The position numbers and the translations under genes are program-made. Below, in pieces: positions 11,901 through 23,480 of a DNA stretch of 64,000 bases. The notes beneath the pieces were generated by a model. It had not been told where the DNA came from. It did not search any database and was given only the letters and a program-made list of their open reading frames with translations. Source of the DNA: Macrostomum hystrix (taxonomy: Eukaryota > Animalia > Platyhelminthes); the NCBI GenBank assembly GCA_950097015.1, contig CATNEN010000003.1:3348001-3412000 (forward strand). Reading direction: 5' to 3'. Position 1 is the first letter of the stretch; the number at the start of each line of letters is the position of its first letter.

Positions 11901-14900
11901 ATTCATCCACTGAAAGGATAGACTAGCAATCCATTATGTTCATTCATCCACTGAGAGGCTAGACTAGCAATCCATTCTGTTCCTTCATCCACTGAGAGGC
12001 TAGACTAGCAATCCATTCTGTTCCATCATCCACTGAGCGGCTAGACTAGCAATCCATTCTGTTCCTTCACCCAACTGAGAGGCTAGACTAGCAATCCATT
12101 CTGTTCCTTCATCCACTGAGAGGCTAGACTAGCAATCCATTCTGTTCCATCATCCACTGAGCGGCTAGACTAGCAATCCATTCTGTTCCTTTATCCACTG
12201 AGAGGCTAGACTAGCAATCCATTATGTTCCTTCATCCACTGAGAGGCTAGACTAGCAATCCATTCTGTTCCTTCATCCACTGAGAGGCTAGACTAGCAAT
12301 CCATTCTGTTCCTTCATCCACTGAGAGGCTAGACTAGCAATCCATTATGTTCATTCATCCACTGAGAGGCTAGACTAGCAATCCATTATGTTCCTTCATC
12401 CACTGAGAGGCTAGACTAGCAATCCATTATGTTCATTCATCCACTGAGAGGCTAGACTAGCAATCCATTCTGTTCCTTCATCCACTGAGAGGCTAGACTA
12501 GCAATCCATTCTGTTCCTTCATCCACTGAGAGGCTAGACTAGCAATCCATTATGTTCATTCATCCACTGAGAGGCTAGACTAGCAATCCATTCTGTTCCT
12601 TCATCCACTGAGAGGCTAGACTAGCAATCCATTCTGTTCCTTCATCCACTGAGAGGCTAGACTAGCAATCCATTCTGTTCCTTCATCCACTGAGAGGCTA
12701 GACTAGCAATCCATTATGTTCATTCATCCACTGAGAGGCTAGACTAGCAATCCATTATGTTCATTCATCCACTGAGAGGCTAGACTAGCAATCCATTATG
12801 TTCATTCATCCACTGAAAGGATAGACTAGCAATCCATTCTGTTCATTCATCCACTGAGCGGCTAGACTAGCAATCCATTCTGTTCATTCATCCACTGAGC
12901 GGCTAGACTAGCAATCCATTCTGTTCATTCATCCACTGAGCGGCTAGACTATTGTCTGTCTCGTCATCCCACAGCCTACGCAGCGGCCCTTCAGGATGAC
13001 AGCGCTGACGAGAGCAGCATCACGGAGCTCACAATGCAGTCGGGCACAAATCGAAGTGGATTTTTCTCACACAATTCGCCACAACCGAATCTCAAAGGTG
13101 AGTCTACTTATAGTAATACTTATAGTATACGAGTGCGCGAGTAAAATTAAAAAATTATGATTCCTTAATGCATTTTATTTATTTCTTGGGGAAGAAGAGG
13201 AAAATATTTTTATGAATAATTATTTGTAATTTAGTACATTGCAAATCAGTTTAGCGCTACTGATTGACAACCTCAACTCGAATCTTGCTGCACAGCAATG
13301 CCAGCGTATTAACAAGCGGCTCCAAGCAGACAGACAGTGAGATGGCATAGAACAGCTTCATAATCTTGGCCTGCATTTCGAAGGCCCTCAGCGCGGGTCG
13401 CCAGCACCAGATGATGTGACAGGCCAGACAGGCAAACTCGAAGCCCCAGTAACAAGCGGCCGGCACAGCGCAGATCAGTGTCAGAATTCGGTAGGTCCAC
13501 AGCTTGGTGGTGTAGTAGCAGGTGTGAGACAGTTTCCAAACAGCGTCGAACGAGTAGACGGTGTGGTGCGGTTCGCCGAAGACCTCCTCCCAGCGGACGT
13601 GCAGATCCTCGTTGATCTTCAACGGGTCCCGCTCGTGCACGTCGGCCTTGGACTCGTCCTCCATCCGGACGTTGACATCGGACTCGGCTACCTGCAGTTT
13701 CGAGTCGCCCTGGGCTGCCATAGCTACGGGTTTGAGGTTGCGCGTCTATCTCGTATCCAGCAATCAAAATTTCTGCATTCGGCCTAAAACGAGTTTGCGG
13801 TTTCACAATTTTATTAGCTTTGCGAGTGCTGCCTTCGGAACTGCACATGGGTTGTTCGTGGATTTGATAACGGCCTATGCTTAGGGCCGTTTTATCAACC
13901 TGAGATATCTCAGCGACCAAACTGATAAGCTTGAAATTGCAGAGGCCGAGTTTGAGATACCTGAACTCAGTCAGGCTTCTAGGCTCTGGGGCGATTTGAA
14001 CAATCTATGTATACGCATTGGACCGCCTATTTATCATGTTGTTGCACGCCTTAATAGTAAATTATGATCATTTCAAAGAGATCTCAGAGATACAAAAGAG
14101 ATCCCACAGAGATCCCACAGAGATCCCGCAGAGATCTCACAGAGATCCCACAGAAATCCCACAGAGATCCCTCAGAGATCCCACAGAGATCCCACAGAGA
14201 TCCCACAGAGATCCCACAGAGATCCCACAGAGATCCCACAGAGATCCCACAGAGATCTCTCAGAAATCCCACAAAGATCCCACAGAGATCCCACAGAGAT
14301 CCCACAGAGATCCCACAGAGATCCCACAGAGATCCCACAGAGATCCCACAGCGATCCCACAGAAATCCATCCACATGCTCTCTGATTCAGTTCGCGGGTT
14401 ACAATCACACACACACACAGCATCGATGTACTTTTAACTTTATATGGTCGAATTCTACGCTAACTAACCGAAAAAATACTTCAAACGCGACTTTCATCAG
14501 ATAAGTAGCAAAGTGTAGTTTGAATCATGGAACTTTGCGTGCCACACCCAAGTCAGTAGCGTCACACAGTTGTCACACACTGTTGCACTATGACTTCACT
14601 TCGATGCCGCACCCTGGGAAATGAAAAGGAAAATGCTTTGGATTTGGTCTGTTTGATGAAATGCGAGACGCATAATTTCTGTTTAAGCTAGTTTTTAAAC
14701 AGTTTTTCTCTTAAAATAGGCGAGAGGAATGCTTTTTGTTGCTACATTCACAAGTCCTCAATTTTCCATTTTGGCAAAGTGGTTTGGTCGCACTCTAGTA
14801 GTGAACTGACAGTTATCTTATCTTTGTACTCTGATAAAGGTTCCTAATTTATTGAGCTCAAAAATGTATAGAAACTGACCACTGACCACTGCCCACGAAA

Positions 14901-17222
14901 CCACATTATCTTGGCTATCCAACTAACACTGCCCATGGTTAAATATAAAAAATTAACCGTTTAACCAATCAAAAATATTCAAACAATTATAGCCGACATT
15001 GTCACGTGATGAAATTTTATAAAACGGAAAATTTTAGAAAATTCCCGTCCTTACTGGAACAATTTGTGTACTTTAGCAAGGACACTTAAACTATGCATAT
15101 ATGACCATCGGCCTTTACTGGTACAGGGTTCTCTTTTGATTTGTTATCGTGGGCAAAATGTAAGCCAATTAATTATCTAGATCAATGCCGTCTCATGTTT
15201 AATTAGGCCATTCAAAAATAACATGTCAAACAATGGGCGCAATCTTTCGCGCGAGATATTTATTCTGATAACTGGCGAAATCTTTCTGACTAGCTCGACA
15301 AAGTACGATGGTTGTTGTACTTTTGTATTTTTATTAAAAAGACTTGATCAAGCCGAATATATACATTTAATGAATAGATAAAAATGCTAGACAATACTGG
15401 AAAATTAGATAATGACACTGCATTTTTACAGGGCGCTACCTGTTAGACAGATGTGCTTCTCTGTTAGACAGAGGCTTACCTGTTAGACAGATGTGCTTAT
15501 CTGTTAGACAGAGGCTTACCTGTTAGACAGATGTGATTATCTGTTAGACAGAGGCTTACCTGTTAGACAGATGTGCTTATCTGTTAGACAGAGGCTTACC
15601 TGTTAGACAGATGTGCTTATCTGTTAGACAGAGGCTTACCTGTTAGATAAATTCTTACCTGTTAGACAGATGTGCTTATCTGTTAGACAAAGGCTTACCT
15701 GTTAGATAAATGCTTACCTGTTAGATAAATGCTTACCTGTTAGACAGATGCTTACCTGTTAGACAGAGGCTTACCTGTTAGATAAATGCTTACCTGTTGG
15801 ACAGATGCTTACCTGTTAGACAGATGCTTACCTGTTAGATAAATGCTTACCTGTTAGACAGATGCTTACCTGTTAGATAAATGCTTACCTGTTAGACAGA
15901 TGCTTACCTGTTAGATAAATGCTTACCTGTTAGACAGATGCTTACCTGTTAGATAAATGCTTACCTGTCAGACAGATGCTTACCTGTTAGATAAATGCTT
16001 ACCTGTTAGATAAATGCTTACATGTTAGACAGAGGCTTACCTGTTAGATAAATGCTTACCTGTTGGACAGATGCTTACCTGTTAGACAGATGTATTTTTC
16101 CTATATTCCCAGGTTCCAGCGCCTACCAGAAGCTGCTGCAAGGCGCTCTGGGCGCCAGCGCAAATCTTGCCGCAAGCAAATCTTCGGACGATCAAACGGA
16201 GCCGACGACATCAAAGGCGCCGCCGGCTGGGGCGGGCGGTGGTGCAGCCGCATCAAAAGAAATTAGCGGCGGACCCTCTCAGTCTGATGATAAGCAGTGG
16301 AAGCCCACCGTCATTGCTAAAGATGGTGAGAACAGCCGCTAGTAGATCGATGTTTTAGCAGACAGTTTGAGTAGACACAGTTTTGAGTAGACACAGTGGA
16401 TTTGATGATGACAAAATGAATAACATAATAATTTTTCGCAGACATCGAAGCAAATGACACAGGTAAGTTATCGGGTCAATTTGATTTCTCACAGAACTGT
16501 CTAAGCATCATTTTCAAACTCACAAAGTTGTTGGAAAACATTTGAAATAGCATTTTGATATCCACAGAATAAATTATGATCATCAAACCTTCAGCCGAAA
16601 TAATTACATTTAAAAGTGAACTTAAATAAACTTTATGCTCACCAAAAGTACTTTTCTTCAATTGTAGAGCAATGTCGTTTTACAATTCCTTGCTACGACT
16701 GTTTTCCTCCGTTTGATTCAATGCTACAGCTAGTCACAAAAAGTATTATTGTACCCCTCCAGACCCCACCTCACTCCCACAGCAAACCCGACCGACCGCT
16801 CATTTCCTACCCCTCCACACCCCACCTCACTCCCACAGCTAACCCGACCGACCCCTCATTTCCTACCCCTCCTGACCCTAATTCACACCCACCACTCATT
16901 TCCTACCCCTCCTGACCCCACTTCCCCACCACAGTTCATGCAGCGAACCTCACCCCTCATTTCCTAACCCTTCCAGACCTCAACCTCACTCCGACCGTAT
17001 TTTTATCGATCCACTTCAATGGCGTCTGAAACCCGCCCACCCTCTCCAGATCACGACCTGGAATCGGACATAGACTCAGAACTGGAGAACTCTTTCCGTC
17101 TAAGACTAAGCGGCGGCGGCACTTTGAAAAGCCAGCTGCAGGCGAGCCAAGCCAGCCAACAGAGAAAGCCGCAAACTCACGCAGAAGATGATGACGAAGA
17201 TTTCGGAGGATTCTACGATTGA
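5917..17222 (+). CDS. KIZ: Kizuna-like centrosomal protein. Exons 5917-5975, 7826-7876, 8255-8776, 8849-9155, 9255-9933, 12975-13097, 16113-16325, 16442-16462, 17050-17222
   Basis: Phase-consistent GT-AG exons. N-terminal coiled coil EYLKTTARLQESVLDCESKRLSLEQKL...YYQDLCQRETSMQRRAQQLL resembles human KIZ (DYYERLGQLQHGLRDSEKKRLDLEKKL...YLKEICESEKKAHTRNQEYL). Internal SAYQKLL resembles EAYQLL, and the C-terminus ESDIDSELENSFR...DDDEDFGGFYD* resembles SDDSNSEIEAALRP...DDSDDFYD*. Confidence 0.8.
6549..7232 (+). CDS. Intronless 227-aa acidic orphan protein nested in KIZ intron 1, same strand
   Basis: Long ORF with coding-like GC inside an AT-rich intron, acceptor-like TTCTCAG ending at 6514, AATAAA at ~7302 and a basic C-terminal tail. 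No family recognised. Confidence 0.6.
   Translation: MSDLPSCQSALDLSEASDVDETSFSKTPIRVDDDDASIASDISSDSSGGSVHFNERGDRTYFHVWSDMLTCDEMNLLDSKAETELPNYVEGDEINNPNIHKPLSIDTSLPCPLIQFGPIPKRCNKVAAKTENASETVDDSPTKSNFAGDIVAKNNDEAALNVSASLRQHQREAENENDEASDGPGCSAKHGHDERCCDFSLVAAKNNARRKMEAKQRRLERKRLVRN
9949..12951 (+). repeat. 41-bp minisatellite (CTAGACTAGCAATCCATTCTGTTCCTTCATCCACTGAGAGG)n filling KIZ intron 5
   Basis: About 73 units with recurring variant types. Confidence 0.97.
13257..13721 (-). CDS. CAV: Caveolin, intronless, nested antisense in KIZ intron 6
   Basis: ERDPLKINEDLHVRWEEVFGEP (caveolin signature, FEDVIAEP-like), scaffolding domain SFDAVWKLSHTCYYTTKLWTYR, long hydrophobic hairpin and Cys-rich C-terminus. 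Confidence 0.95.
   Translation of the reverse strand: MAAQGDSKLQVAESDVNVRMEDESKADVHERDPLKINEDLHVRWEEVFGEPHHTVYSFDAVWKLSHTCYYTTKLWTYRILTLICAVPAACYWGFEFACLACHIIWCWRPALRAFEMQAKIMKLFYAISLSVCLEPLVNTLALLCSKIRVEVVNQ
14077..14370. repeat. 11-bp minisatellite (CACAGAGATCC)n
   Basis: Visible tandem array. Confidence 0.95.
15437..16092. repeat. 19/21-bp minisatellite (CTGTTAGACAGATGCTTAC)n
   Basis: About 33 units, ending ~20 nt before the KIZ exon 7 acceptor. Confidence 0.95.
16750..16995. repeat. Degenerate C-rich tandem repeat (CTCATTTCCTACCCCTCC...CCCACCTCACTCCCACAGC)
   Basis: 4-5 imperfect copies. Confidence 0.75.
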
Positions 17223-17399
17223 TTTATTTCTTTTTTTCTTACCTTTAATACGTTCTTCAGAACTGTTTTCAGATTATTAGTCACATGTGTTGATCACTTA
17301 ATGGCTATTATATTCTTCACTTTTTTGTCTTTCTAGTGTTAGGCTTGCACTATACTATATAGAATTACGAGTATACTATACCAATCAAGTTGTTCAATT

Positions 17400-17545
17400 C
17401 AGACTCACGATTTGAAGATCGCGGGTTCGATTTCCGGCTCCTGCGGAAAAAATTGCGCTTTGGCTAGATACTAAACTCAGCATTGCTTCAGTTCACCCAG
17501 CTGTTAAATTGGTTAAATGTCTTGTCATCACAGTCCATGGACATA
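17400..17545 (+). mobile_element. Family A SINE, truncated
   Basis: GGGTTCGATTTC B-box followed by CATTGCTTCAGTTCACCCAGCTGTTAAAT and AGTCCATGGAC. Confidence 0.7.
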
Positions 17546-18605
17546 TTGACCCGATTGGAGAATATGTAATAAATTGTTTTTATGAACAATAATAGTTTAG
17601 TAACAGTATGAAAAGGTAATTAAATTATTTTACACAGGGTGAGGCCATAGACGAAATAACTTTGCTTAGAGGACCGAGTATTTTTTCCGAAGCAAAACGA
17701 TCGGAGGAAATAAAGTTGATTAAGATTAAAGTCAAACCAACTCATCTATTCGGCGTGCCTGCATGCCTATAATCTTAATTTAATTTGTAATGTACGATTG
17801 CAAAACAGAGAAGTGAAAAACAAATAATAAAAAATCTTATCGCACCAGCATTGCTAGTTAATTACGTTTGTCAATATATTTTAGATTTTTTTTAATTTAA
17901 GGTACAAAGGGCAAGACGATGAGGAAGGAACGGTTTTTTGTAAATTTTTGCCAAACATTAAATTTTACAAGCTAGTAATGCAAAGTGAAGCGTCTTGATA
18001 AAGAATACGAATTGTTCACTTCGAGTCGGGAATCGAACCCCTGACCTCCAAGTCGCGAGTCTAGAGCTATGTTGTATCTTTGAAATAAAATAAATAGATT
18101 ATTATCTGGAATGCAACTGGTAAATGTTAAAACGACATCTTTGTAGCTTAATTATTCATTATTCGCATGAAGAAGTATCAATAATGTATCTTTAACCAAA
18201 GCGTCTTGCCTGCGTTTGATACTTTGAATGTCTCATTTTTCTGATAATTTCTAACCCATTGGTGATCGTGAAGCGTCAGCTTTCAATTAACTGAGGCCTA
18301 AGGATTTCAAAAGCTTGAGAATCGTCAAGTTTGTTCTTTTAAAAAGTATTCTTTTCTCGAAATAGGACTTTCTAGTAGCATTTAGACACGTAAAAATCAG
18401 TTCTAAAAGCGAATTCTAAAAAAAAACACAATCGATCTAGCCGGAAAAACAAGAGGCAGGACACACCTGTCACGCAACTCACCTTCGAGTGATAACGTTC
18501 GTGTATGCTCGAAGTTTTGCTAGTCAGCTAACAGTCAGCACTGTCTCTAATTAGTTTTAAACGATTTGTCATCTGACGGCCTGATGCTAGTCCATCACTC
18601 CTCCC

Positions 18606-21600
18606 TCACTCCAGTCCAGTCCTGTTGGTTGTAGACATCTCGTCAGCAACCGTACCGATCATTGAGGCGTTGTAGTTCTTGACCAGTTCGGCCCGGTCGA
18701 ATACAACAGCGTAGACCTTGGGCAGGAACAGGATGCTCACTGCGAACAGGTTGGTGAACAGCAGAACAAAGACCAGCAGAGCGGCGGCTGAGGTGAGCGA
18801 GGCCAGCGTGACGAGGCTGGGGATGAAGGCGATCCACACGAAGGTGGCGCAGGCGCTGAAGGCCAGGATGCACTTGCTGTCGTGGAAGTTGTCCGGCAGG
18901 CTGCGGATTCGCACTGCCAGCGAGCACGTGACCAGCATGAGCAGCAGGTTGAGCGCGTAGGGAATCCACTGGCTGCTGGAGAAGTAGTCGCACTGGAACT
19001 CCACGACTGGCCGGGTGTCGGAACGGAGGCCGGTGAGCACGAGCTTCACGGGCCGGATCGGACGGACGCTGAGGACGCTCGACAGCAGCACCACCTGAGT
19101 GGTTTGAGATCGAGTTCTAGGAAGTATTTCTCCACGAGTGTCAAAAAATATGAGCTACTAAATATTAAAACAAGACAACAAAGCACGCTGTCAAGGTGAA
19201 AAAACGATGCGTCACAGGGCGCGCTTCAGAGCTTGCTTCCGAACAATGGCCCCACTCTGGAAGAGTCTGGAGCTTCAGCGTCGACGAAGCGGGGCCAGCG
19301 TGAGCAGCAGCAGCTCGGTGCAGCTGATGTGGCCTGCCAGCTGGAGTCACCGACAACGTAGAACTCACTTTGACGGGTCAGGCCGGCGCGGCGATAGAGT
19401 GCTACGTACGTTAGTGACTAGCTCATCACTGATCTTAAATGTCGCCACGTTTACCTGCTACCCGTCAGCTTTGTACAGCGGGACGGTCTAGACCATCGCC
19501 TGGAACAGCGCCACCCTCTGGCGATCAGTCAGGCCCCAGACTGAACAACTGCCCTCCCAGAACTTCTTCGCAGACGTCAGGTACTAGTTAGATTGCTGGA
19601 TAAGATTTTTTTATAAAATGATTTTTTCTGCTTTGGCATTAATTAGCGACTGTAGACTGTCGACAGTATTCATGAATAACGATAGACAGTAGAAGGTTAT
19701 GCTTTCTGTGTGAAATTCGCTACCAGCGCACATGGGACATTCAAGGTGGAGAACCTCATAGTCTGTCTGCTCTTTGACTATCGATATTGTCATCGGAAGA
19801 CTCATGAAGTCAAGTCTCTAGCCTAGTTTGTTAGCTCGACCACAATATCAGATTTCTGCGTATACTGCTGCGGGTGAATACTTGATCGATCTGAATGCGC
19901 TTCTCAACAAAATGTGAACACCACCATCGTTAGCCAAAATGAGATTCGATTTGCAATGACATAGTCATCATTAATTAATGAGCTAAGAATTAGCGAGTTT
20001 GAAAGAGAAAATGAGAAGTGAACTAAATCGACTCAGTAAACCACAGAGGGTATTTCAAATAACCACATTTTTCATTTTTATGTATCTCCTAAAATATTCA
20101 ACCAATCGCCATGAAAATGCAAAGAAATGGCCTAAATTTTGTGCTCTATCCCATGAAACAACTTCCAGAATCGCAAAACATCGGCATCCTTGATTCAAAG
20201 ATATTCAACGATCAGGGTCGTCGACAAGAATCGCTGAATATCTCGATGACGCTGGCTCGTACGGCTTTGAAAGTTAGTTTATCGTAAGGGGTGGGAAATT
20301 TTGATTCCGATAGTGGACTTTCACGAATATCGGTCATTCGGTTTGTGAGCTATCGTGAAAAAGGCAGTGGCTATTTTAAATACCCCCCTGTGGTCTTTCT
20401 ATTGTTTAAATCAAAAAGTAAAACCATGCTGTACCTGAAGTAGGCACACGAGGACCGTCATTACGACGACAGCTCTCCGTCCGGTGAAGTTCAGTCCCGC
20501 AGCACCCCGCAAGGAGCCCACAAACACGCGGTAGATGCGAGCGCTCTTTGTGAGCAGAGCCGCGTACACCATGGTCAGGCTGAAGTGGTACAGGAACGCC
20601 TGCACGTTGCACACGGTGAGGGAGGGCTCGCCGAAGAACAGCGCCACATCGACCAGTCCGAGCTGGATGCCCACCTGCTGGAAGAGGCTCAGCTCGAGCG
20701 ACGACGCCTTCAGCAGCGGCACGCTCGACCTGGCGAGGAAGAACACGCCCGTCGCAATGGTGACGGCCGAGCCGAGCGACGCGACGCTGATGAACACGAT
20801 GCCGCTCGTGTCGCTTGGTCGGAGAACGGTCAGGTCGAGCGGTGAGCAGCGCGAATAGTTTGAGCTCGGCCAGGTGAGCGAGGCGCACTTCTCGCACTGG
20901 GTGCCGTTCGACCCGACGATCTCGTCCGAGCTGCAAGGCCTGCACACCCAGCAGCACTTGCTCACCTGAACTCGGTACTCGTGACTGCCGCACGGTAGAG
21001 AGCACACACTCATTGGCACCTGCTGCTGGTCGCTCGCCACACTTCCCGGCCACGAGATCAGACTGCGGTTCAAGCTGAGACCGAGCTCAGAGCTCCACAC
21101 TCCGACAGTGAGGCTCGAGCTCACCTGCTGACTGCTCTGGTACAGCACCACATACGAGGCCGGACCGTTTCCGCCGCTGTCCAGCTTCACTTGTCCAGTG
21201 TAGCCGGTGAAGTTCGTCCTGTACAGCTGCTTCAGCAGCAGCGGTCCGGTCACGCATTGGAGCAGCGCCGACTTGTTGAGCTCGGGCTCCAGACTCGAGC
21301 CGCACTCGGACCTGGCCACCGCGTCGATGGCGTGAGCGAACGCGAGAAACGCGTCCAGCATCCGAGCCACCGGAGCCACGATGCTGGCCGGCCTCAAGCT
21401 GGTCGACTCGGACATCCGACGGGTCGAGTTCGCGAAGCAGCAGGCGCAGGCCGAGCAGTTCATCAGCTGGTCGAACATGAGCGCTCCGTTGTACATCGGC
21501 GAGAGGTCGGCGTAGGTGAGGTTCCGGTACCATTCCATCAGGTCTGGCGTTGGATATAGACTGAAGTAGACAATAAATGATCCGTTCGTGTAGGTGTTAC

Positions 21601-22489
21601 TGTTGTAGCCCGAGTCGCTGAAAATGACGATGATTCCAGCCTTGCCAAGCGCAGTGAGAAGTTCTTGTTTGGTGCTCACGGAACTAAGCCAGACCAGAGC
21701 TCTGAGATTCTCCTGCGACTGGACCGTTTCCAAGACCTCACTGTCCATTGTGGCGCCAGTTAGGGGAATGATGAAGGCCAGACAGGCCTTGGGGAATCTG
21801 GTTGGCAAACTAGACGAGAACTGCAGAGCTATATTAGTGAAGTAGACATTGCTAGCTTCGTAAATCAACCCGATGTAGGTCCAATCGAACTCGCGAACAA
21901 TGTCTATCATGGCCATGGCCTGGTAGGAGTCGGGGCTGACCAGGCGCACCAGATTAGGGTACTTGGCCCGGTCGCTCAGTGAGTCGCTGCTGCTCTCGGT
22001 GCCAATCATTGGAATGTCGAACGGTTGCAGAGAGAACGACAGAACCTGCGTCTCTGCGCTCGACCAGCCGCCAACCACTCCATGCACGGGTCTCATCGGG
22101 CTACCGTCGGGCCAGTCGGTTAAGCTGCAGCCGACAGGTGCGGAAGAACTTATCGAAGAGGCCTGCCAACCCGGAGTAACTCGGTGAGCGGCCTCGATGG
22201 CATTGGGCTCCCGGAAGCAGGTCTCCAGGAATGCCAGGCCAAGTGTGAGATTTTTGGCTCCGAACAGAAGATCGCGTCGTTTTTGTATTTTTTCTTGAAT
22301 AAATATCGGCATGGTCTGGCGCAGGAAGGCAGACTCCGCGAGCCTGCTGGGGCACAGGTTCGTGCCATGCAGCAGGGCCAAGGTGATGTCTCCTGGAATG
22401 CAGTAACCGCTGGCCGCTTCGACGGTTGGCGCACTATCTAGCCCTAGCAACAGAAGCTGCACTAGCGGTAGCAGCAATCGAAATGGCAT
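18606..22489 (-). CDS. Class C GPCR (mGluR/CaSR-like), paralogue 1. Exons 22489-20435 and 19094-18606
   Basis: Signal peptide, Venus-flytrap domain (VVGGWSS, SSSDSLSDRAKYPNLVRLVSPDSYQA, WTYIGL), nine-Cys domain (SVCSLPC...KCCWVCRPC) and 7TM (LLKASSLELS, YAALLTKSARIYRVF, PDNFHDSKCI, LFLPKVY). Phase-0 GT-AG intron 19095-20434. Confidence 0.93.
19240..19580 (-). mobile_element. Decayed non-LTR retrotransposon (RTE/L2-like LINE) 3' fragment in the GPCR1 intron
   Basis: Minus strand reads, with stops and frameshifts, LTDRQRVALFQAMV*TVPLY...FKISDELVTNV..ALYRRAGLT...LRCR*LQLAGHI...LLLTL, the typical post-RT C-terminal LINE region. Confidence 0.75.
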
Positions 22490-22576
22490 CGTGGTTGAGC
22501 ACTGAAGGTGTGAAAAAGAAATTTAAATCAATTTAAAGAGCAGAAAATTAAATTCTATAAATGCGTCAAGGAAACA

Positions 22577-23170
22577 GAAGCCTTGCTGCGATCCTAGCAA
22601 CCCATGACAAGTCTTGCTGCGATTCTAGCAACCCATGACAAGTCTTGCTGCGATTCTAGCAACCCATGACAAGTCTTGCTGCGATTCTAACTACGTCTTA
22701 CAACCCTTGCTGCGATTCTAGCAACCCATGACAAGCCTTGCTGCGATTCTAGCTACGTCTTACAACCCTTGCTGCGATTCTAGCAACCCATGACAAGCCT
22801 TGCTGCGATTCTAGCAACCCATGACAAGCCTTGCTGCGATTCTAGCTACGTCTTACAACCCTTGCTGCGATTCTAGCAACCCATGACAAGCCTTGCTGCG
22901 ATTCTAGCAACCCATGACAAGTCTTGCTGCGATTCTAGCTACGTCTTACAACCCTTGCTGCGATTCTAGCAACCCATGACAAGCCTTGCTGCGATTCTAG
23001 CAACCCATGACAAGTCTTGCTGCGATTCTAGCTACGTCTTACAACCCTTGCTGCGATTCTAGCAACCCATGACAAGCCTTGCTGCGATTCTAGCTACGTC
23101 TTACAACCCTTGCTGCGATTCTAGCAACCCATGACAAGCCTTGCTGCGATTCTAGCTACGTCTCACAACT
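22577..23170. repeat. 31-bp two-variant minisatellite just upstream of GPCR1
   Basis: Constant CTTGCTGCGATTCTAGC followed by either AACCCATGACAAGY or TACGTCTTACAACC; about 19 units. Confidence 0.93.
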
Positions 23171-23207
23171 CTAACCTGACAAGAAAGCCATACTTGACTA
23201 CGAGAAA

Positions 23208-23480
23208 TTGTAGCCTAGATGGTAGCGATGTGAAGGTCAGGGATTCGATTCCTGACTCTACTGGAACCGAGTTTGTCCTCTAGCAAGACACTTATCTCTA
23301 CATTGCTTCTGTTCATCCAGTTGTTAAATGGGTACCAGCATCAGCTGGGATAATTGAAGGTGGGTGTGGCATCCCCCCAGTCCATGGACTGAACAGCCGT
23401 ACGCAGCCTTCAGATGCGTCGCGCAATAGCTGCGGCTGTGCTATCGGCTGCACATCTGGCCCAATTGGGACAGGTGTACT
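23208..23480 (+). mobile_element. Family A CORE-like SINE, near full length
   Basis: TGTAGCCTAG...GGGATTCGATTCC head, TAGCAAGACACTTATCTCTACATTGCTTCTGTTCATCCAGTTGTTAAATGGG core, and 3' tail ...CTGCACATCTGGCCCAATTGGGACAGGTGTA. Confidence 0.85.

Noticed and set aside
13309-13920. 203-aa ORF overlapping caveolin
   Set aside because: Alternative frame of a GC-rich CDS with no recognisable motif.
22577-23170. CRISPR-like constant repeat with spacers
   Set aside because: Only two alternating 14-bp tails, no unique spacers, no cas genes, eukaryotic context.
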